A stretch of 64,000 nucleotides of DNA from Spirochaetia bacterium (GTDB taxonomy: Bacteria; Spirochaetota; Spirochaetia; WTKD01; G963693115). Below the pieces are notes generated by a model. The model saw nothing but the letters and a program-made list of their open reading frames with translations, did not search any database and had not been told where the DNA came from. Position 1 is the first letter of the stretch; each line of letters begins with the position of its first letter. Positions 60,027 to 64,000 of the stretch are shown in pieces. Made by a program: the position numbers and the translations under genes. The stretch lies in contig CBDDCA010000006.1 of NCBI GenBank assembly GCA_965226055.1, forward strand, positions 736,001-800,000, written 5' to 3'.

Positions 60027-60989
60027 ATGAATATATTATTTGCTGGTTCATCTCAATTCTCTATTCCTTCTTTGGAAGCGTGTATACAGAGTGGTACTGT
60101 TGTGGCAGTGCTTACGCGAGCAGATAAGCCTGCTGGAAGAAAATTGGTTCTCCGTCCTACTCCTGTAAAATTGTATGCACAGGAGAAAGGTATTCCTGTT
60201 ATTGATACTGAAGTGTTACGTGCGGAGTGTCGGGATACGATAGCAAAGTATAGCCCTGATTGTATGATATGTGTAGCGTATGGAAAAATGTTTGGAGAGA
60301 AATTTCTTGCATTGTTTCCTAAAGGTACGGTAAATGTGCATCCTTCGTTATTACCCCGTTATAGAGGAGCTAATCCTATTTTGTCAACACTGCTATCGTA
60401 TGATACTCATACGGGGGTTACGTTACAAAAGATGGTACAGGAGATGGATGCAGGGGATATAGTATTACAAAGTAAACGAAAGATGCTCTCTGAATATGGG
60501 TATGAACAGTTAGAGTCTGTTCTTGCTCATGATGCAGCAGAATTGATTACAAAGCTATTTACGGAGTATGAGCAGTACTATGCAAATGCAGTTCCTCAGG
60601 TGAATGAGCAGGCAGTGTATACATTAAAGTATACTTCTCGGTATGGGTATTTGCTCTGGTGTGAAAGTGCAAAACAAATTGTTCATTTAACGCAAGCATT
60701 TTCTTTTCCGCTCTCGGGAGTAAAAGTGCATTTACATGGAAAGTTGGTAAAAATATGGAAAGCACAGGTAGTTTCAAACGAAATTATAGAAAAAGAAACT
60801 GGGATGCTGAGCAGAGAAAAAGCTATGCCGGGTACTGTGCTTGGTATTCATAGAAAATATGGTATTATAGTAAATACAGTGTGTGACTGTCTTGCAATAG
60901 AAGAATTACAATTAGAGCATAAACGAAAAATGCATTGGAAAGATTTTGTGCAGGGACAGAAACATCTTGTTGGGAGCATATTTCGGTAG
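60027..60989 (+). CDS. fmt: Methionyl-tRNA formyltransferase
   Basis: DKPAGR, NVHPSLLPRYRGA and MDAGD motifs; follows def. Confidence 0.96.
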   Translation: MNILFAGSSQFSIPSLEACIQSGTVVAVLTRADKPAGRKLVLRPTPVKLYAQEKGIPVIDTEVLRAECRDTIAKYSPDCMICVAYGKMFGEKFLALFPKGTVNVHPSLLPRYRGANPILSTLLSYDTHTGVTLQKMVQEMDAGDIVLQSKRKMLSEYGYEQLESVLAHDAAELITKLFTEYEQYYANAVPQVNEQAVYTLKYTSRYGYLLWCESAKQIVHLTQAFSFPLSGVKVHLHGKLVKIWKAQVVSNEIIEKETGMLSREKAMPGTVLGIHRKYGIIVNTVCDCLAIEELQLEHKRKMHWKDFVQGQKHLVGSIFR

Positions 60990-61072
60990 ATTATAGTGTA
61001 ACTGCTGTAATGTAAATTTTAAGAGAAAGTAGCAGAGAATATTATAATACGATAAAATTATAGAGATAAAAA

Positions 61073-62269
61073 ATGGAAGATAAAGATAACAATATAATGT
61101 TTAGCACAAATGTGTATCATACTGAAAATCAACAAGAAAAAAAATTACAAGATACCTTTGTTGTAGAAAAAACTGAGATACATGGGAATGAAAAGAAAAA
61201 ATCATTTATTGTTTCCATGTTCTTATTTTCAATAAAACTGTTACTGTACATGCTTATTATGGTAAGTGCTGCATGGGTAGTATTTCTTATATTTTTTGTA
61301 AGCTCAGAATCGGTGGTAGTACCAGATGTGGTAGGACAAGATTTAGTGGTTGCTATGCTGGAGTTACAGGAAAAAAGATTGAAAACAGAAATAATAGAGT
61401 TAGAATCTGATAATCCTGAAGATAGAGGAAAAGTGCTTTCTCAAGATCCTAAACATGGTATCAATGTAAAGCAGCACAGAACAATCAAGCTCACTATAAG
61501 TAAGGGAGGAATGGTAGAAAGTATTCCTAATTTTGTGGGTATTATGCTTAAAGATATTTATGAGGATTATGATAATACATTTAATGGGCTTGGGAGGTAT
61601 TTTGACATTTATTCAGTGAATAAAGTGTTTGATGAAAGTTTTCCCGGTACTGTGCTTGGGCAAGATCCTCCTTCTAATACTCTTCTTCATTCATCTTTTA
61701 CTGATGTACGGCTTGTTGTAAGTCGTGGTAATAAAGAGGATAAGAATATATTTCCTGATGTATTAGGGTTATCTTTTACAGAAGTATTTTCGTTTATACA
61801 AGAACATTCTCCTCAGTTTGAATTTTATTTTGTTGAAAATGATTCTCTTATTCTTGATAGTGAAAGAGAAAGTGAGCAGTTAGTAGCAGGTACTATTTTA
61901 GATCAAATACCTATTGCAGGAGAGAGTATACATTCAGAATCTTCTTTGTATATAGGGTTACGCAAGAATACAATAACTGTGCAAGAACCGATAGTGCCAA
62001 TAGAAGAATCTAATAGCACTGGTATAGGAGACATAAGTAAGGGATATGATGTAGAGTTGCTTACTATTCCGTTGTCAGAAATAGAACCGAAACACATGAT
62101 AACAATATATGTACAATTTGATAATGGGGGAGAGAAACAAATGTATATTCAGTTTGAATCAACAGGGGGAGAATTACGTATTCCTTATTATGTAATGCCA
62201 GACGCAACATTTTTTGTACATCGATTTGGAAAAGAGGTATGGTCATATACTATAAGAAATAATAAATAG
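61073..62269 (+). CDS. Membrane-anchored PASTA-domain protein
   Basis: Single TM, then VPDVVG...VLSQDP...SKG repeats; no kinase domain. Confidence 0.88.
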   Translation: MEDKDNNIMFSTNVYHTENQQEKKLQDTFVVEKTEIHGNEKKKSFIVSMFLFSIKLLLYMLIMVSAAWVVFLIFFVSSESVVVPDVVGQDLVVAMLELQEKRLKTEIIELESDNPEDRGKVLSQDPKHGINVKQHRTIKLTISKGGMVESIPNFVGIMLKDIYEDYDNTFNGLGRYFDIYSVNKVFDESFPGTVLGQDPPSNTLLHSSFTDVRLVVSRGNKEDKNIFPDVLGLSFTEVFSFIQEHSPQFEFYFVENDSLILDSERESEQLVAGTILDQIPIAGESIHSESSLYIGLRKNTITVQEPIVPIEESNSTGIGDISKGYDVELLTIPLSEIEPKHMITIYVQFDNGGEKQMYIQFESTGGELRIPYYVMPDATFFVHRFGKEVWSYTIRNNK

Positions 62270-62283
62270 ATGGAAGGAATAAT

Positions 62284-64000
62284 ATGTATCGTGAAGTAAG
62301 TACAAGAGTACAGTTTGCAAAAATAGAAGAAAATATATTATCTTTTTGGAAACAACAGAATATTTTTAAGAAATCTCTTGAGAAAAATAGAGGGAAAGAA
62401 GAGTTTGTTTTTTATGATGGTCCTCCTTTTGCTACAGGGCTTCCTCATTTTGGGCATTTTGTTCCTAGTACAGTAAAAGATATCATTCCTCGATATCATA
62501 CTATGAAAGGGAAGCATGTGTTGCGAAGATTTGGTTGGGATTGTCATGGTTTGCCAGTGGAGTATGAGGTAGAGAAGGAAATGGGACTTTCTGGGAAGAC
62601 TGATATTGAGAAGTTTGGTATTGCACAATTTAATGAACGTTGTCGAAATATTGTGTTACGCTATACATCTGAATGGAGAGAGGTTATTGAGCGGCTTGGG
62701 AGATGGGTTGATTTTGACAATGATTATAAAACAATGGATCTTCCTTATATGGAATCAATTTGGTGGGTGTTTAAGACATTATGGGATAAAGGATATATTT
62801 ATAAGGGATTCTATATTCTTCCGTATAGTCCGTTGCTTGCTACCCCTTTGTCTAATTTTGAAGTGAATTTAGGAGGCTATCAACAGGTATACGATCCATC
62901 GGTTACTGTGCGTTTTAAGGTACAAAATGCACACAATGAATTTTTTCTTGCATGGACAACTACTCCTTGGACACTTCCTTCTAATCAAGGGTTAGCAGTA
63001 GGAGATGAAATTAAGTATGTAAAGGTACAAGATAAAGATGCAATCTATATTTTAGCTGAGGAGCGCCTTTCTTATTATTATAAAGATGCATCAGAGTACA
63101 GTATAGTACAGCGATATCAAGGGAAAGATTTAGTGGGATTGTCCTATGAGCCGTTATTTCCTTATTTTAGTGATTTGGCTTCACAAGGAGGGTTTGTTGT
63201 GCATAGTGCTGATTTTGTGAGTACTGACGAGGGTACAGGTATTGTGCATATGGCAGGAGGCTTTGGAGAAGATGACTATGCTATTGTTTGTAAGAAAGCA
63301 GGGCTTCCTGTAGTATGTCCTATTGATGCGGAATGTAAATTTACTAATGAGGTTCCTGATTATGAAGGGATGTTTGTAAAAGATGCTGATAAGCCTATTA
63401 TTCAGCGCTTAAAAGAAGAAGGAAACCTTGTAAAACGTGAGCAATATTTACATAATTATCCATTTTGTTATAGAACAAAGAAACCGCTTATTTATAGGGC
63501 GGTAAGTTCTTGGTTTGTTGATATAGCAAAAATAAAGCGGAAGATGATACAGGCAAATAATACAATTACGTGGCAGCCATCACACTTAAAACAGGGGCGT
63601 TTTGGAAAATGGTTAGACAACGCTCAGGAATGGGCTATATCGCGTAATAGATATTGGGGCAACCCTTTACCTGTATGGATGAATGAGGATGAGTCTTGCA
63701 TTGAGGTTATTGGTTCTGTAAAAGATTTGGAAATGAAATCAGGACAAAAGATTGATGATTTGCATAAACACAAAATAGATGAAATAACATGGGAAGCACC
63801 AAACGGAAAAGGTACAATGAGGCGTACTCCTGAGGTGTTAGATTGTTGGTTTGAGTCAGGAGCTATGCCTTATGCTCAAAATCATTATCCTTTTGAGAAT
63901 AAGGAATTTTTTGAAAATAATTACCCTGCCGATTTTATTAGTGAAGGATTGGATCAAACAAGAGGGTGGTTTTATACTCTTACTGTATTGTCTGCTGCTT
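62284..64000 (+). CDS. ileS: Isoleucine--tRNA ligase, IleRS2 type (3' truncated by window edge)
   Basis: Manual translation: MYREVS...[16 protein letters not shown]...GWDCHGLP...[12 protein letters not shown]...[10 protein letters not shown]...[11 protein letters not shown]; absent from the ORF track because it has no stop in the window. Confidence 0.96.
   Translation, partial: MYREVSTRVQFAKIEENILSFWKQQNIFKKSLEKNRGKEEFVFYDGPPFATGLPHFGHFVPSTVKDIIPRYHTMKGKHVLRRFGWDCHGLPVEYEVEKEMGLSGKTDIEKFGIAQFNERCRNIVLRYTSEWREVIERLGRWVDFDNDYKTMDLPYMESIWWVFKTLWDKGYIYKGFYILPYSPLLATPLSNFEVNLGGYQQVYDPSVTVRFKVQNAHNEFFLAWTTTPWTLPSNQGLAVGDEIKYVKVQDKDAIYILAEERLSYYYKDASEYSIVQRYQGKDLVGLSYEPLFPYFSDLASQGGFVVHSADFVSTDEGTGIVHMAGGFGEDDYAIVCKKAGLPVVCPIDAECKFTNEVPDYEGMFVKDADKPIIQRLKEEGNLVKREQYLHNYPFCYRTKKPLIYRAVSSWFVDIAKIKRKMIQANNTITWQPSHLKQGRFGKWLDNAQEWAISRNRYWGNPLPVWMNEDESCIEVIGSVKDLEMKSGQKIDDLHKHKIDEITWEAPNGKGTMRRTPEVLDCWFESGAMPYAQNHYPFENKEFFENNYPADFISEGLDQTRGWFYTLTVLSAA

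Overview
AT-rich bacterial chromosome segment, most likely from a spirochete. Support for this: long archaeal/eukaryote-type PheS with short PheT, an IleRS2-type ileS, an FlcA-like flagellar collar TPR protein, an Msp-like outer-sheath protein, and groEL without an adjacent groES. Most of the window is housekeeping: argH end, malK-like, lspA, pheST, thrH, groEL, gcvTHP, rplM-rpsI, lysC-asd, galK, metG, ilvE, manC, cysE, a two-component system with htrA, trxB, def-fmt and ileS. The standout is an accessory locus at about 26.4-31.4 kb, between gcvP and rplM. It holds a DUF1232 gene, a 728-bp IS1016-like element whose 8-bp target duplication contains the TTGACA -35 box of the next gene, and a tandem array of five small P-loop proteins. 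The five genes are reciprocal mosaics of interchangeable modules, one compared pair differs only by amino-acid-changing codons over most of its length, and the intergenic spacers are nearly identical. Other signals: a 30-A tract lying exactly between the -35 and -10 boxes of an EcsC-like gene (candidate phase-variation switch), widespread leaderless promoter geometry, an unannotated recX-like ORF with no ATG/GTG/TTG start, an aspartokinase missing its catalytic motifs, a membrane protein overlapped by an antisense acidic micro-ORF, and a CusR/CopR-type box before htrA. No rRNA, tRNA or CRISPR array was recognised. All family assignments come from motif recognition by eye, not database searches.
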